Assembly (NCBI GenBank): GCA_032654565.1
Contig: JAULAX010000013.1
Location: 1-64,000 of the forward strand
DNA length: 64,000 nt
Direction: 5' to 3'
Source of the DNA: Anaeromyxobacteraceae bacterium
Lineage (GTDB): Bacteria > Myxococcota > Myxococcia > Myxococcales > Anaeromyxobacteraceae
Positions 1-11,664 of this stretch are shown here, in pieces. Made by a program: the position numbers and the translations under genes. The notes beneath the pieces are model-generated. The model worked only from the letters and a program-made list of their open reading frames with translations. It made no database searches and was not told the origin of the DNA. The first letter of the stretch is position 1, and every line of letters starts with the position of its first letter.

Positions 1-18
1 CCGCGCCACCCCCTACCA

Positions 19-601
19 ATGAAACGGATCTGCGTCTTCTGCGGCTCGTCCCCCGGCCACGACCCCCGCTACCTGGAGGCGGCCCGGGCGACGGGACGCC
101 TGCTGGTCGCCCGCGGCCTCGGCCTCGTCTACGGCGGCGGCTCGGTCGGCCTGATGGGGGCGGTGGCCGACGCCGCGCTCGCCGCCGGCGGCGAGGCCAT
201 CGGCGTCATCCCCCAGGTGCTGCAGATCCGCGAGCTGGCGCACCGCTCGCTCACCACCCTCCACGTGGTCGGCTCCATGCACGAGCGCAAGGCGCTGATG
301 GCGGGAGCTCTCCGACGGCTTCGTGGCGCTGCCCGGCGGCATGGGGACGCTGGAGGAGCTGAGCGAGGTGCTCACCTGGGCCCAGCTCGGCCTGCACGCC
401 CGGCCGGTGGGGCTGCTCGACGTGGCCGGCTACTACCGGCCGCTGGCCCAGTTCTTCGACCAGGCGGTGAGCGCCGGCTTCCTGCGCCCCGTCCACCGCC
501 GGCTGCTGCTGGTGGGCGAGGAGCCCGGGGCGCTGCTCGACCAGCTGGCCGCCTGGCGCGGGCCGCCGCTGGAGCGGGTCATCGACCAGGCCACGTCGTA
601 G
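19..601 (+). pseudogene. LOG family (TIGR00730) nucleotide monophosphate phosphoribohydrolase, interrupted by a +1 frameshift near 304-306 (real lesion or sequencing error)
   Basis: N-half [28 protein letters not shown] in ORF 19..663; C-half (F)[17 protein letters not shown] in ORF 323..601. atggcgGGAgctctccgac has one extra G relative to M-A-E-L-S-D. Confidence 0.85.
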
Positions 602-652
602 GCCAGTCGCGGTGGCAGCCGGCGGGAATCGTCGCCCGCCCTCACGGTGTCG

Positions 653-3037
653 CTACAGCCTGACGTGCCTCAGCCGCAGGGCGTTGGCGATCACCGTCAC
701 CGAGCTGAAGCTCATGGCGGCGCTCGCGATCATGGGCGAGAGCACCATCCCGGTGAACGGGTAGAGCAGGCCGGCCGCCAGCGGCACCCCGGCGGCGTTG
801 TAGGCGAAGGCCCAGAAGAGGTTCTGCCGGATGTTTCGCATGGTGGCGCGGGAGAGCCGGCGGGCCCGGACCAGGCCGGCCAGGTCGCCCTTCACCAGGG
901 TCAGGCCGGCGCTCTCGATGGCCACGTCGGCGCCGGTCCCCATGGCGATGCCGACGTCGGCGGCGGCCAGGGCCGGGGCGTCGTTGATGCCGTCGCCGGC
1001 CATGGCCACGGCCAGGCCACGGGCCTTGTAGCGGGCCACCACCGCCGCCTTGTCGGCGGGGCGGACCTCGGCCTCCACCTGCGTGATGCCGAGCCGCGCG
1101 GCCACCGCCCGCGCCGTGGTCCGCGAGTCGCCTGTCACCATCACCACCTCGAGCCCCTCGGCGCGCAGCGCCTCCAGCGCCTCGGCGACGCCGGGCCTGA
1201 TCGGGTCGGCGGCGGTGAGCAGGCCGGCCAGCGCCCCGTCGACGGCGAGGAACATGGCCGTGGCCCCCTCGGCGCGGGCCTGCTCGGCGGCGGCCAGCAG
1301 CGGCGCGGGATCGACGCCCGACTCGGACAGCCACTCCGGGGTCCCCAGCAGGGCCGCGCGGCCGTCCACCGTGGCGCGGACGCCGCGCCCCGGCACGGCC
1401 TCGAAGCCGACCGCCTCGGCCAGGGTCAAGCCCCGGGCCGCCGCCCCCGCCACCACCGCGGCGGCCAGGGGGTGCTCCGAGCCCCGCTCCAGCGAGGCGG
1501 CCACCCGCAGCACGTCACGATCGGTGAAGGTCGCGGTCGCCGTCACGCCCGAGAGCACCGGCTTGCCGGCGGTGAGGGTGCCGGTCTTGTCGACCAGCAG
1601 CACCTGGACCTTCTCCATCCGCTCCAGCGCCTCGGCGCTCTTCACCAGCACGCCGGCCGTCGCGCCGCGCCCGGTGCCGACCATGATGGCCATCGGCGTG
1701 GCGAGCCCCAGCGCGCACGGGCAGGCGATGATCAGCACCGCCACCGCCGCCACCAGGCCGTGGGCCAGGCGCGGCTCGGGGCCGAGCAGCGCCCAGAGCG
1801 CGAAGGCGATCACCGCTGACACCACCACGCCGGGCACGAACCAGCCCGAGACCACGTCGGCCAGCCGCTGGATGGGGGCGCGGGTCCGCTGCGCCTCCAT
1901 GACCATCTTGACGATCTGCGAGAGCAGGGTGTCGCCGCCCACCCGCTCGGCGCGCATCACGAAGCTGCCGGTGCCGTTGACGGTGGCCCCGGTGACCGGG
2001 TCGCCGGCCCGCTTCTCCACCGGCACCGGCTCGCCGGTCACCATGGCCTCGTCGACGCTGGAGGCGCCCGAGACCACCCGGCCGTCCACCGGCAGCTTCT
2101 CGCCGGGGCGGACCCGCAGGTGGTCGCCCACCTTCACCGCCGTCACCTCCACGTCGACGTCGGCCCCGTCGGCCGCCGCCAGCCGCGCCGTCTTCGGGGC
2201 CAGCCGCAGCAGCGCCCGGATGGCGCCGGAGACCCGGCCGCGGGCCCGCAGCTCCAGCATCTGGCCCAGGCAGACCAGCTCGATGATCACCGCCGCCGAC
2301 TCGAAGTAGATGGGCGGGGCTCCGTGCTCCAGGTAGGCGGCCGGGAAGAACTCCGGGGGCAGCACCGTGGCCGCGGCGCTGAAGAGGAAGGCGGCGGCGG
2401 TGCCGATCCCGATCAGCGTGAACATGTTGAGCTTCCAGGTGCGCAGCGACAGCCAGGCCCGCTCGAAGAAGGGCCAGCCCCCCACCAGCACCACCGGGGC
2501 CGAGAGGGCCAGCTGCAGCAGGGCGAAGGCGCGGAAGCCGAGGGCGTGCTGCAGCCGCATCCCCGCCGCCATGTCCCCCATGGCCACGGCCAGCAGCGCC
2601 AGCGTGGGCAGGAGCCCCCACCAGAAGCGCCGGGTCATGCTGGTCAGCTCAGGGTTGGGCGGCTCCTCGGCGCTCGGCATGCCGCCCACCACCAACGGCT
2701 CCAGCCCCATGCCGCAGATGGGACAGGGGACGGGCGACTTCTCCCGCACCTCCGGATCCATGGGGCAGACCCAGACCACCTCGGCGCCGGCCGGCGCGGC
2801 CGGGGGGGCCATGGCCGGGGCGGGCGGGCCGGGCGGCCGCGCCAGGTAGGGGGCCGGGTCCATGCTGAACCGGGCCCGGCACTTGGCGTTGCAGAAGGCG
2901 TAGGTGATCCCCTGGTGCTCCCAGCGGCCCCCCCGCGGCGCCGCCGCATCCACCGACATGTGGCAGACCGGGTCGATGGCCGGGGCTCCGGGGGCTGCGG
3001 GGGCGGGTGCGGTGCTGCTGCCTTCGGTGCTCGACAT
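653..3037 (-). CDS. copA: Cu(I)-translocating P1B-type ATPase with N-terminal YHS and CPMxP metal-binding domains
   Basis: DPVCHM..FCNAKC (YHS), CPMDP..CPICGM, TGEP, CPC in TM6, [17 protein letters not shown] and MSFSS Cu+ ligands. Start taken at ATG 3037 with GGAGG upstream. Confidence 0.9.
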   Translation of the reverse strand: MSSTEGSSTAPAPAAPGAPAIDPVCHMSVDAAAPRGGRWEHQGITYAFCNAKCRARFSMDPAPYLARPPGPPAPAMAPPAAPAGAEVVWVCPMDPEVREKSPVPCPICGMGLEPLVVGGMPSAEEPPNPELTSMTRRFWWGLLPTLALLAVAMGDMAAGMRLQHALGFRAFALLQLALSAPVVLVGGWPFFERAWLSLRTWKLNMFTLIGIGTAAAFLFSAAATVLPPEFFPAAYLEHGAPPIYFESAAVIIELVCLGQMLELRARGRVSGAIRALLRLAPKTARLAAADGADVDVEVTAVKVGDHLRVRPGEKLPVDGRVVSGASSVDEAMVTGEPVPVEKRAGDPVTGATVNGTGSFVMRAERVGGDTLLSQIVKMVMEAQRTRAPIQRLADVVSGWFVPGVVVSAVIAFALWALLGPEPRLAHGLVAAVAVLIIACPCALGLATPMAIMVGTGRGATAGVLVKSAEALERMEKVQVLLVDKTGTLTAGKPVLSGVTATATFTDRDVLRVAASLERGSEHPLAAAVVAGAAARGLTLAEAVGFEAVPGRGVRATVDGRAALLGTPEWLSESGVDPAPLLAAAEQARAEGATAMFLAVDGALAGLLTAADPIRPGVAEALEALRAEGLEVVMVTGDSRTTARAVAARLGITQVEAEVRPADKAAVVARYKARGLAVAMAGDGINDAPALAAADVGIAMGTGADVAIESAGLTLVKGDLAGLVRARRLSRATMRNIRQNLFWAFAYNAAGVPLAAGLLYPFTGMVLSPMIASAAMSFSSVTVIANALRLRHVRL

Positions 3038-3209
3038 CGGCGCGGCCTCCTCCGGCCGCCTCTGGGTAGGGTCTAGCGCCTTGCCTGGCGACTCGCCAGC
3101 GTCACGGCGCAAGGCCGGGTTGCATCCCGATCGAGCCGCGCCGGCCCAGGAGGATTCGCGGGCGCCGCCCTCCACGCGCCGCACGGGTCGGCGTGCTATA
3201 GGCCCCTCC

Positions 3210-4346
3210 GTGCCCGAGGAACTCCTCATCGTGGCCGGCGAAGCCAGCGCCGACCTCCACGCGGCCCGGGCGCTGCTCGAGCTGCGCAAGCTCCGCCCCG
3301 GCCTCCACGCCTTCGGCGTCGGCGGCCCGGCGCTGCGGGCGGCCGGGCTGGAGGTGCTCTTCCCCGCCGAGGAGATCAGCGTCATGGGGTTGTTCGAGGT
3401 GCTGCCGCGCCTCCCCCGCATCCTCGCCATCCTCGCCGGCCTGACCCGCGCCGCCGCGGCGCGGCGCCCGGTGGCGGCGCTGCTGGTCGACCTGCCCGAC
3501 TTCAACCTGCGGCTGGCCGCCCGGCTCAAGGCCCAGGGGGTGAAGGTCGTCTACTACATCTCCCCCACCATCTGGGCCTGGCGGCCGAAGCGGGCCTTCC
3601 AGATCGCCAAGGTGGTGGAGCGGATGCTCTGCATCCTCCCCTTCGAGCCCGAGGCCTACCGGGGCTCCGGCGTCGACGCCCGCTTCGTCGGCCACCCCTT
3701 CGCCGAGCGCCCGCTCCCGGCGCCGCCGCGGGCCTACCGCGAGGCGCTGGGGCTGCCGCTCGACCGGACCACCATCGCCCTGGTGCCGGGCAGCCGGCCC
3801 GGCGAGATCGGTCGCCTGCTCCCCCCCATGCTGGAGGCGGCCGAGCGGCTGCGCGCCACCCACCCCGACGCCCAGTTCGTGCTGCCGGTGGCCCCCACGC
3901 TGGACCGGGCGCTGCTGGCCCCGCACCTCGCCGCCCACCCCGGGCTCGACCTGCGGCTGGTGGACGGCCGGACCGAGGAGGTGGTGGGGGCCAGCGACGG
4001 GGCGCTGGTGAAGAGCGGGACCTCGGCGCTGGAGGCCGGGCTGATGCACCGGCCCATGGTGGTGACCTACAAGGTGGCCTGGCTCACCTACCTGATCGGC
4101 AAGCTGCTGGTGAAGGTGGCCCACTACTCGCTGGTCAACCTGCTGGTGGGGCGCGAGGTGGTACGCGAGCTGATCCAGGGGGCGGCCACCGGCCGGCGGC
4201 TGGCCGATGAGCTGGAGCGGGTGCTGGCCGAGGGGCCGGCCCGGGCCGCGCAGCTGGCCGGGCTCCTCGAGGTGCGGGCCACGCTGGGCGAGCCGGGGGC
4301 GCCGGAGCGGGTGGCCCGCCAGGTGCTTGAGGTGATCTCGACATGA
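3210..4346 (+). CDS. lpxB: Lipid-A-disaccharide synthase
   Basis: [43 protein letters not shown] motifs; GTG start at 3210. Confidence 0.92.
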   Translation: MPEELLIVAGEASADLHAARALLELRKLRPGLHAFGVGGPALRAAGLEVLFPAEEISVMGLFEVLPRLPRILAILAGLTRAAAARRPVAALLVDLPDFNLRLAARLKAQGVKVVYYISPTIWAWRPKRAFQIAKVVERMLCILPFEPEAYRGSGVDARFVGHPFAERPLPAPPRAYREALGLPLDRTTIALVPGSRPGEIGRLLPPMLEAAERLRATHPDAQFVLPVAPTLDRALLAPHLAAHPGLDLRLVDGRTEEVVGASDGALVKSGTSALEAGLMHRPMVVTYKVAWLTYLIGKLLVKVAHYSLVNLLVGREVVRELIQGAATGRRLADELERVLAEGPARAAQLAGLLEVRATLGEPGAPERVARQVLEVIST

Positions 4347-5056
4347 ACGCGACGCGCCAGGCGCTGCTCTGCCTCCCCACCTACGACGAGCGCGAGAACC
4401 TGGCGCCCATGATCGAGGCCATCCTGGCGGCGGCCCCGCAGCTGGACGTGCTGGTCATCGACGACAACTCGCCCGACGGCACCGGGCGGCTGGCCGACCA
4501 GATCGCCGCCCGCGAGCCGCGGGTGAAGGTGCTGCACCGGGCCGGCAAGGAGGGGCTGGGGCGGGCCTACCTGGCCGGCTTCGCCTGGGCGCTGGCGCGC
4601 GACTACCGGCTGGTGCTGGAGATGGACTGCGACTTCTCCCACGACCCGAAGTACCTGCCGGCCATGCTGGCGGCCGCCGGGGAGGCCGACCTGGTCCTCG
4701 GCTCGCGCTACGTCCGGGGCGGCGGCACCGTCAACTGGGGCCTGCTGCGCAAGCTCATCTCCCGCGGCGGCAGCCTCTACGCCCGCACCATCCTTGGGCT
4801 GTCGGTGCGCGACCTGACCGGTGGCTTCAAGTGCTTCCGGCGCGAGGTGCTGGAGGCCATCGACCTCCCCACCGTGGAGTGCACCGGCTACGCCTTCCAG
4901 ATCGAGCTGACCTACCGGGCCGCCCGGCGCGGCTTCCGCATCGCCGAGCTCCCCATCGTCTTCGCCGACCGGCGGGTCGGCCACTCCAAGATGTCCCGCC
5001 GCATCGTCCTCGAGGCCATCGCCAGGGTCTGGTCGATCCGGCTGAGCGGCTGGTGA
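4343..5056 (+). CDS. GT2 polyprenol-phosphate glycosyltransferase (Dpm1/Ppm1-like)
   Basis: PTYDERENL, DDNSPDGT, MDCDFSH, GSRY, DLTGGFK, GYAFQIE, R..G.SKM; ATGA overlap with lpxB. Confidence 0.88.
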   Translation: MNATRQALLCLPTYDERENLAPMIEAILAAAPQLDVLVIDDNSPDGTGRLADQIAAREPRVKVLHRAGKEGLGRAYLAGFAWALARDYRLVLEMDCDFSHDPKYLPAMLAAAGEADLVLGSRYVRGGGTVNWGLLRKLISRGGSLYARTILGLSVRDLTGGFKCFRREVLEAIDLPTVECTGYAFQIELTYRAARRGFRIAELPIVFADRRVGHSKMSRRIVLEAIARVWSIRLSGW

Positions 5057-5114
5057 CGGCGGGGCGCTCCCCGGGGGCGCGACGCCGGACCGGTTCCCGG
5101 GTATCTTCTGCGCC

Positions 5115-5783
5115 GTGAACGAGGTCCTCGCCACCTTCCTGGTCTCCTTCTCGGCCATCTTCTTCGTGGTCGATCCGCTCTCGGCGGTGCCGATGTTCCT
5201 GGCCATGACCCGGAGCGACTCGGTCCAGAAGCGGCGCGAGACCGCGCTGCGGGCCTCGGTCACGGCGGCGCTGATCCTCTCCGGCTTCGCCCTGGGCGGC
5301 GCCTGGATCTTCAAGCTGCTCGGCATCGGGCTGCCGGCCTTCAAGGTGGCCGGCGGCGTGGTGCTGCTGCTGCTGGCGCTCGACATGCTCCGCACCCAGC
5401 CCTCGAAGACCCGCATCACCGAGGGCGAGGTGGAGGAGGGGGCGGGCAAGGACGACATCGCCATCGTGCCGCTGGCCATGCCGCTGCTGGCCGGCCCCGG
5501 CTCGATCGCCACCGCCATCGTGCTCATGGCGCGGGCCCGGGTCGGCCCGTGGTGGCACGCGGCGGCGGTGCTGCTGGCCATCGCGCTCACCTGCGCGGCG
5601 GCCTGGCTCATCCTCGCCGGCGCCGCCCGGACCGAGCGGATGCTCGGGAAGACCACGCTGGCCATCCTCGAGCGCGCCGCCGGGCTGCTGCTGGTGGCCA
5701 TCGCCATCCAGTTCATGATGGACGGCCTCGGCGAGGGACTGCCCGGCCTGGCCGGGGCGCTGGGCCGCTTCCCACAGAACTGA
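5115..5783 (+). CDS. MarC family inner-membrane protein
   Basis: FFVVDP, FKVAGG, IAIVPLAMPLLAGPGSI and several hydrophobic helices. Confidence 0.9.
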   Translation: MNEVLATFLVSFSAIFFVVDPLSAVPMFLAMTRSDSVQKRRETALRASVTAALILSGFALGGAWIFKLLGIGLPAFKVAGGVVLLLLALDMLRTQPSKTRITEGEVEEGAGKDDIAIVPLAMPLLAGPGSIATAIVLMARARVGPWWHAAAVLLAIALTCAAAWLILAGAARTERMLGKTTLAILERAAGLLLVAIAIQFMMDGLGEGLPGLAGALGRFPQN

Positions 5784-5922
5784 TTCTTTCGGCGGCGGGC
5801 GTGCGATCCCTGCCTCCTGCGCCGCGCCGCGTCAAGACGACCGGCCGGCGCTGGGGCACTATCCCGCGTTCACGCCCCGTCCCCGGGCGAGCCCCGCGTC
5901 CCCCCCGCGGGAGGAGGCCACC

Positions 5923-7614
5923 GTGTCGTCCACCGAGATCTTCCGCCGCGCGCGCGACTTCCTCGTCAAGCACCGGACCGACTACGCCACCGCCTACCGG
6001 GAGTTCACCTGGCCGGTGCTCGACCGCTTCAACTGGGCCCTCGACTGGTTCGACGTCATCGCCGAGGGGAACCAGCGGACCGCCGTCCACCTGGTCGAGG
6101 AGGACGGCAGCGAGCTCAAGGTCAGCTACGCCGAGCTGGCCGACCGCTCCAACCGCGTCGCCATGTACCTGCGCCACCACGGCGTGAAGCGGGGCGACCG
6201 GGTGCTGATGATGCTCCCCAACTGCATCCAGATCTGGGAGGTGATGCTGGCCACCATGAAGATGGGGGTGGCGGTGATCCCGGCCTCGTCGCTGCTGACG
6301 CCCGAGGACCTGGCCGACCGGATCGAGCGGGGCCGGGTCGGCCACGTCATCACCGACAACGCCGGCAGCGAGAAGTTCCGCGGGCTGGGGGGGAGCTGGC
6401 AGCGCCACGTGGTGGGGGCCCAGGTGCCGGGCTGGCAGAGCTTCGAGCAGGCCTACGGCGAGTGGCCCGACTTCATCCCGCACGGCGACTCGCTCCCGGC
6501 CGAGCCCATCCTGCTCTACTTCACCAGCGGCACCACCCGGAAGCCGAAGCTGGTGATCCACACCCAGCTCAGCTACCCGGTGGGCCACCTCTCCACCATG
6601 TACTGGCTGGGGCTGCAGGAGGGCGACGTCCACATGAACGTCTCCTCGCCCGGCTGGGCCAAGCACGCCTGGTCCAACTTCTTCGCACCGTTCAACGCCG
6701 GCGCCACCGTCTTCCTCTACAACTACGCCCGCTTCAACGGCGCCAAGCTGATGGAGGTGCTGGCCACCCACAAGGTGACCACGCTCTGCGCCCCGCCCAC
6801 CGTCTGGCGCATGCTCATCCTCGAGGACCTGGCCAAGCACCCGGTGAAGCTGCGCGAGGCGCTCAGCGCCGGCGAGCCGCTCAACCCCGAGGTCATCGAG
6901 AAGGTGAAGGCGGCCTGGGGCGTCACCATCCGCGACGGCTACGGCCAGACCGAGACCACCGCCCAGGTGGGCAACTCCCCCGGCCAGCCGCTCAAGCCCG
7001 GCTCGATGGGGCGCCCGCTGCCCGGCTACCAGATCGCCCTGCTCGACGAGGAGGGTCACTCGGCGCCGGAGGAGGGGGAGATCTGCATCTCGCTCACGCC
7101 CCGGCCCACCGGGGTGATGGCGGGCTACGAGGGGGACCCCAACCTCAACGACTTCGTGACCCGCCACGGCTACTTCCACACCGGCGACGTGGCCACCCGC
7201 GACGGCGAGGGCTACATCACCTACGTCGGCCGCGCCGACGACGTCTTCAAGAGCTCCGACTACCGCATCTCCCCCTTCGAGCTGGAGAGCGCCCTGATCG
7301 AGCACGAGGCGGTGGCCGAGGCGGCCATCGTCCCCAGCCCCGACGAGGTCCGCGGCCTGGTCCCCAAGGCCTTCATCATCCTCAAGCCGGGCCAGGCGCC
7401 CACCCGCGAGCTGGCGCTGGAGATCTTCCGCTTCCTGCGGCTGCGGCTGGCCCCCTACAAGCGGGTGCGCCGCCTGGAGTTCTCCGACCTTCCCAAGACC
7501 ATCTCCGGCAAGATCCGCCGCGTCGAACTGCGCAAGCGGGAACTGCAGCGGGGCCCTTCGGGGACCCGGCGGGAGCACGAGTTCTGGCAGGACGACTTCG
7601 GGGAGCTCAAGTAG
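5923..7614 (+). CDS. Short/medium-chain acyl-CoA synthetase (AMP-binding)
   Basis: YFTSGTTRKPK, GYGQTE, TGD, GRADD, LPKTISGKIRR; GGAGG SD upstream. Confidence 0.9.
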   Translation: MSSTEIFRRARDFLVKHRTDYATAYREFTWPVLDRFNWALDWFDVIAEGNQRTAVHLVEEDGSELKVSYAELADRSNRVAMYLRHHGVKRGDRVLMMLPNCIQIWEVMLATMKMGVAVIPASSLLTPEDLADRIERGRVGHVITDNAGSEKFRGLGGSWQRHVVGAQVPGWQSFEQAYGEWPDFIPHGDSLPAEPILLYFTSGTTRKPKLVIHTQLSYPVGHLSTMYWLGLQEGDVHMNVSSPGWAKHAWSNFFAPFNAGATVFLYNYARFNGAKLMEVLATHKVTTLCAPPTVWRMLILEDLAKHPVKLREALSAGEPLNPEVIEKVKAAWGVTIRDGYGQTETTAQVGNSPGQPLKPGSMGRPLPGYQIALLDEEGHSAPEEGEICISLTPRPTGVMAGYEGDPNLNDFVTRHGYFHTGDVATRDGEGYITYVGRADDVFKSSDYRISPFELESALIEHEAVAEAAIVPSPDEVRGLVPKAFIILKPGQAPTRELALEIFRFLRLRLAPYKRVRRLEFSDLPKTISGKIRRVELRKRELQRGPSGTRREHEFWQDDFGELK

Positions 7615-7671
7615 ACTCCTCGGCAGTTCCAGCGAGCCCCGCACCGCGCGGCGGCAGGAGGCAGCGAGACC

Positions 7672-9753
7672 ATGGCCACGCCCCGGGTGACCCGCACCTT
7701 CTCGATGCTCGGCGCCGACGGCGCCGGCAAGACCGCCCTGGTGGAGGCGCTCCTCCGCCTGGCCGATCCGCGCCACGCCAGCCCCGACGGCTCCTCCGCG
7801 CGGCTCGACGCCGAGCCGGAGGAGAAGAAGCGCAACTTCACGCTCAGCCTCCACCCCGAGTCCTTCGACGAGGGGGGGCGCAGCTTCCACGTCCTCGACT
7901 GCCCGGGGTTCGCCGCCTTCCTCACCGAGGTGGAGTGGGCGCTGCAGGTGACCGACGGCGCCGTCCTGGCCATCTCCGCCGCCGACGGCTGCCACAACCG
8001 GGCCGAGCGGACCTACGACGTGCTGGCCGACGCCGGGGTCCCCGCCCTCGGGGTCATCGCCCGCGTCGACCACGAGCAGGCCGACTTCCAGAAGGCGCTG
8101 GCCGACATCGAGAGCTCGCTCAAGGTGAAGCCGCTGGCGGTCCAGCTCCCCATCGGCCAGGGTCCCGGCTGCCGCGGGCTGGTCGACCTGGTCACCATGA
8201 AGGCCCACCTGCTCGACCCCAAGGTCTTCGGAAAGTACAGCGAGGCCGAGGTGCCGCCGGCGCTGCTTGCCGAGGCCACCGCGCTCCGCGCCGCGCTGCT
8301 GGAGGCGGCCGCCGAGACCGACGACGAGCTGCTGGGGCGCTACCTCGACGCCGGCACCCTCACCGAGGACGAGCTGCGGCGCGGCCTGGCCCTCGGGGCC
8401 CGGAGCCGGCGCTTCCTGCCGGTGGCGGTGGCCGCCGCCAAGACCGGGCTGGGCGTCCGCGAGCTGCTCGACCTGGCGGTGCTGCTCTTCCCCTCGCCGG
8501 CGGAGCGGGTGGTGGCCGGGGTCGACCTGGCCGGCAAGGAGGTGCTCTGGGCCGGCGACGCCAACGCCCCCTTCTGCGGGCAGGTCTTCAAGACCACCAT
8601 CGACCACTTCACCGGGCGCGTCGACTACGTCCGCATCGTCTCCGGGACGCTCAAGCCCGAGACCTCGCTGATGAACCCCCGCACCCGCTCCGAGGAGCGG
8701 GTGGCCCACTTCTTCCGCACCGACGGCGCCCAGACCGCCGAGGTGGGCGAGGCCGGCCCCGGCGAGTTCGTGGTGCTGGTCAAGCTCAAGGACGCCCACA
8801 CCGGCGACACCCTCTGCGACCGCGAGGCGCCCATCCTGCTGCCGCCCTTCAAGCAGCACACCCGGCCGGTGGCCTACGCCGTCCACGCCAAGGGCGGCGA
8901 CGACAAGGCGGCGGCCGCCCTGCACAAGCTCATCGAGGAGGATCCCTCGCTGGAGCTGGCCCGCTCGCCCGAGACCGGCGAGATGCTGCTGCAGGGGATG
9001 GGACAGGCCCACATCGACGTGACGGTGGAGCGGGTCAAGCGCAAGCACGGCATCGAGATCACGCTCTCGCCCCCGTCCCCGGCCTACCTCGAGACCATCA
9101 CCGCCGCCTCCAAGGCCCAGGGCAAGTTCAAGCGGCAGACCGGCGGCCACGGCGCCTTCGGCGATGCCCACGTCGAGCTCTCACCGCTGCCGCGCGGGGC
9201 CGGCTTCGAGTTCGAGGACGCCATCGTGGGCGGCTCGATCCCGCGCCAGTTCATCCCCTCGGTGGAGAAGGGGATCCGCGGCTCGCTCGGCAACGGCCCG
9301 CTGGCCGGCTACCAGGTGGTCGACTTCAAGGCCAAGCTGGTCTTCGGCAGCTACCACGACGTCGACAGCTCGGACATGGCCTTCCAGGTGGCCGGCTCGA
9401 TGGCCTTCAAGAAGGCCATGGCCGAGGCCCGCCCCATCCTGCTGGAGCCGGTCATGCAGCTGGAGGTGCGGGTGCCCGAGGAGTACGTCGGCCCGGTCAT
9501 GGGCGACCTCAACTCGCGCCGGGCCCGGGTCCAGGGGCTGGAGCCGGCCGCCCGCGGGGTCACCATCCGCGCCACCTGCCCGCACGCCGAGGCCATGACC
9601 TACGACGCCGACCTGCGCTCCCTCACCCAGGGGCTCGGCTACTTCACCATGACCCCGGCCCATTACGACCCGGTGCCGCCGCCGCTGGCGCAGAAGATCA
9701 TCGAGAAGCGGCGCGCCGACGGCAAGGTGAAGGGGGTCGAGGAGGAGAAGTAG
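7672..9753 (+). CDS. Elongation factor G paralogue (EF-G2-like) with degenerate GTPase motifs
   Basis: Full five-domain EF-G layout: GAGKT, DCPG, EEDPSL, GMGQAH, KRQTGG.G.FG, GSYHDVDSS, LLEPVM..GDLNSRR. Confidence 0.88.
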   Translation: MATPRVTRTFSMLGADGAGKTALVEALLRLADPRHASPDGSSARLDAEPEEKKRNFTLSLHPESFDEGGRSFHVLDCPGFAAFLTEVEWALQVTDGAVLAISAADGCHNRAERTYDVLADAGVPALGVIARVDHEQADFQKALADIESSLKVKPLAVQLPIGQGPGCRGLVDLVTMKAHLLDPKVFGKYSEAEVPPALLAEATALRAALLEAAAETDDELLGRYLDAGTLTEDELRRGLALGARSRRFLPVAVAAAKTGLGVRELLDLAVLLFPSPAERVVAGVDLAGKEVLWAGDANAPFCGQVFKTTIDHFTGRVDYVRIVSGTLKPETSLMNPRTRSEERVAHFFRTDGAQTAEVGEAGPGEFVVLVKLKDAHTGDTLCDREAPILLPPFKQHTRPVAYAVHAKGGDDKAAAALHKLIEEDPSLELARSPETGEMLLQGMGQAHIDVTVERVKRKHGIEITLSPPSPAYLETITAASKAQGKFKRQTGGHGAFGDAHVELSPLPRGAGFEFEDAIVGGSIPRQFIPSVEKGIRGSLGNGPLAGYQVVDFKAKLVFGSYHDVDSSDMAFQVAGSMAFKKAMAEARPILLEPVMQLEVRVPEEYVGPVMGDLNSRRARVQGLEPAARGVTIRATCPHAEAMTYDADLRSLTQGLGYFTMTPAHYDPVPPPLAQKIIEKRRADGKVKGVEEEK

Positions 9754-9825
9754 CCGCGCCGGGGCGGGCGGCCCGGGCCGGAGATGGCGGCGGCGCGGCC
9801 CGTTTGGCGTTAGGATGCGCCAGCC

Positions 9826-11664
9826 GTGAACGCCTACTTTCGCCTCCTCCACTTCGTCGCCCCGTACCGCGCCCGCTTCGCCTTCGCGATCCTCTGCATG
9901 CTCGTCTACGCGGTGGCCAACGCCGCGTACATGAACCTGGTCGGCCCCTTCCTCGACTTCCTCTTCACCGGGAGGCCGGGGTCGATGGCGGTGCTGGATC
10001 GCTTCCTGCCGGGCGGGCTGGGGCTCTCCGAGGCGCTGGCCGGGGCCGACCGGACCCAGATCCTGGCGGCGGTGCCCTTCGTCATCGTCGGGGTGTCGCT
10101 GCTCAAGGGGGCGGCCGCCTTCGGCCAGTTCTACCTGATGGGGATGCTGGGGCAGCGGGTGGTGGCCGACCTGCGCAAGGCGCTCTTCGACCACCTGCTC
10201 GGGCTCTCGCCGGACTTCTTCAGCCGCCGCCACTCCGGCGACCTGATGTCGCGCTTCGCCGCCGACATCGGCGCCGTCGAGGTGGCCATCACCAACTCCA
10301 TCGCCAGCTACATCCGCGACGGCCTGACCGTGGTGGTGATGCTGGCCAACTGCTTCTACCTGGACTGGCAGATGTCGCTGGTGGTCTTCGGCGCCATCCC
10401 CATCACGCTCGGTCCGGTGGTCTGGCTGGGCCGCCGGCTGAAGCGGGCCACCGTGCAGGGGCAGGCCTCCATCGGCCAGATCTCCGAGATGGTGCAGGAG
10501 ACGGTGAGCGGCATCCGCGTGGTCCAGGCCTTCGGCATGGAGGGCTGGGAGTCGGGCCGCTTCGACGAGGCCAACCGCCGCTGGCTGCGCATCCAGCGGC
10601 GCAGCTTCCTGGTGCGCGCCTTCTCCTCGCCGCTCATGGAGGTGATGGCGGCCGCCGGCCTGGCCGCGGTGATCGCCTGGGTCGGTCCGCGCATCGTCGC
10701 CGGCGAGCTGCCGGCCGCCAAGATCTTCTCCTTCATCACCGCGGTGATGCTCCTCTACCAGCCGGTCAAGCAGCTGGGGCGGGTCAGCCAGATGGCGCTG
10801 CAGGGGGCCGCCGCCGGCGAGCGGGTCTTCGAGATCCTCGACTCACCGACCGCGGTGCCCGACGCCGGGACCGGGGAGCTGGCGCCGTTCCGCGAGGCCA
10901 TCCGCTACCACGACGTCTCCTTCGCCTACGGCGAGGCGCCGGTGCTCCACCGGCTGTCGCTGGAGATCCGCAAGGGCGAGGTGGTGGCGCTGGTGGGCGG
11001 CTCCGGGGGCGGCAAGACCACCGTGGCCAACCTGCTGCCGCGCTTCTGGGATCCCACCGGCGGACGCATCACCATCGACGGCCGGGACCTCCGCGAGGTG
11101 ACGCTGCGGAGCCTGCGCGGGCAGCTGGCGCTGGTCACCCAGGACACCGTCCTCTTCAACGACACCATCCGCAACAACATCGCCTACGGCTCCCCGGACA
11201 TCCCGCTGGCCGAGGTGGAGCGGGCCGCCCGCATGGCCCAGGCCCACGACTTCATCAGCGCCATGCCCGAGGGGTACCAGACCCGGGTCGGCGAGAAGGG
11301 GATCCTGCTCTCCGGCGGGCAGCGCCAGCGCCTCGCCATCGCCCGGGCCTTCCTGAAGGACGCCCCCATCCTCATCCTCGACGAGGCCACCAGCGCCCTC
11401 GACGCCGAGAGCGAGCGCGAGGTGCAGCGGGCCCTGGAGCAGCTGATGGGGCTGGGGTCGGAGGGGCACCGGACCACGCTGGTGATCGCCCACCGCCTCT
11501 CCACCATCCGCGGCGCCGACCGGATCGTGGTGCTGTCGCAGGGCCGGGTGGTCGAGGAGGGACGCCACGCCGAGCTGCTGGCGCGGGGCGGCGAGTACGC
11601 CCGGCTGCACGCCATCTACGAGGGGGAGGGGGAGGCCGCGGCGACGCCGGCCCCCACGGCATGA
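9826..11664 (+). CDS. msbA: Lipid A flippase-type ABC exporter (TMD+NBD)
   Basis: Six-TM domain, [35 protein letters not shown]; first gene of the LPS cluster. Confidence 0.85.
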   Translation: MNAYFRLLHFVAPYRARFAFAILCMLVYAVANAAYMNLVGPFLDFLFTGRPGSMAVLDRFLPGGLGLSEALAGADRTQILAAVPFVIVGVSLLKGAAAFGQFYLMGMLGQRVVADLRKALFDHLLGLSPDFFSRRHSGDLMSRFAADIGAVEVAITNSIASYIRDGLTVVVMLANCFYLDWQMSLVVFGAIPITLGPVVWLGRRLKRATVQGQASIGQISEMVQETVSGIRVVQAFGMEGWESGRFDEANRRWLRIQRRSFLVRAFSSPLMEVMAAAGLAAVIAWVGPRIVAGELPAAKIFSFITAVMLLYQPVKQLGRVSQMALQGAAAGERVFEILDSPTAVPDAGTGELAPFREAIRYHDVSFAYGEAPVLHRLSLEIRKGEVVALVGGSGGGKTTVANLLPRFWDPTGGRITIDGRDLREVTLRSLRGQLALVTQDTVLFNDTIRNNIAYGSPDIPLAEVERAARMAQAHDFISAMPEGYQTRVGEKGILLSGGQRQRLAIARAFLKDAPILILDEATSALDAESEREVQRALEQLMGLGSEGHRTTLVIAHRLSTIRGADRIVVLSQGRVVEEGRHAELLARGGEYARLHAIYEGEGEAAATPAPTA

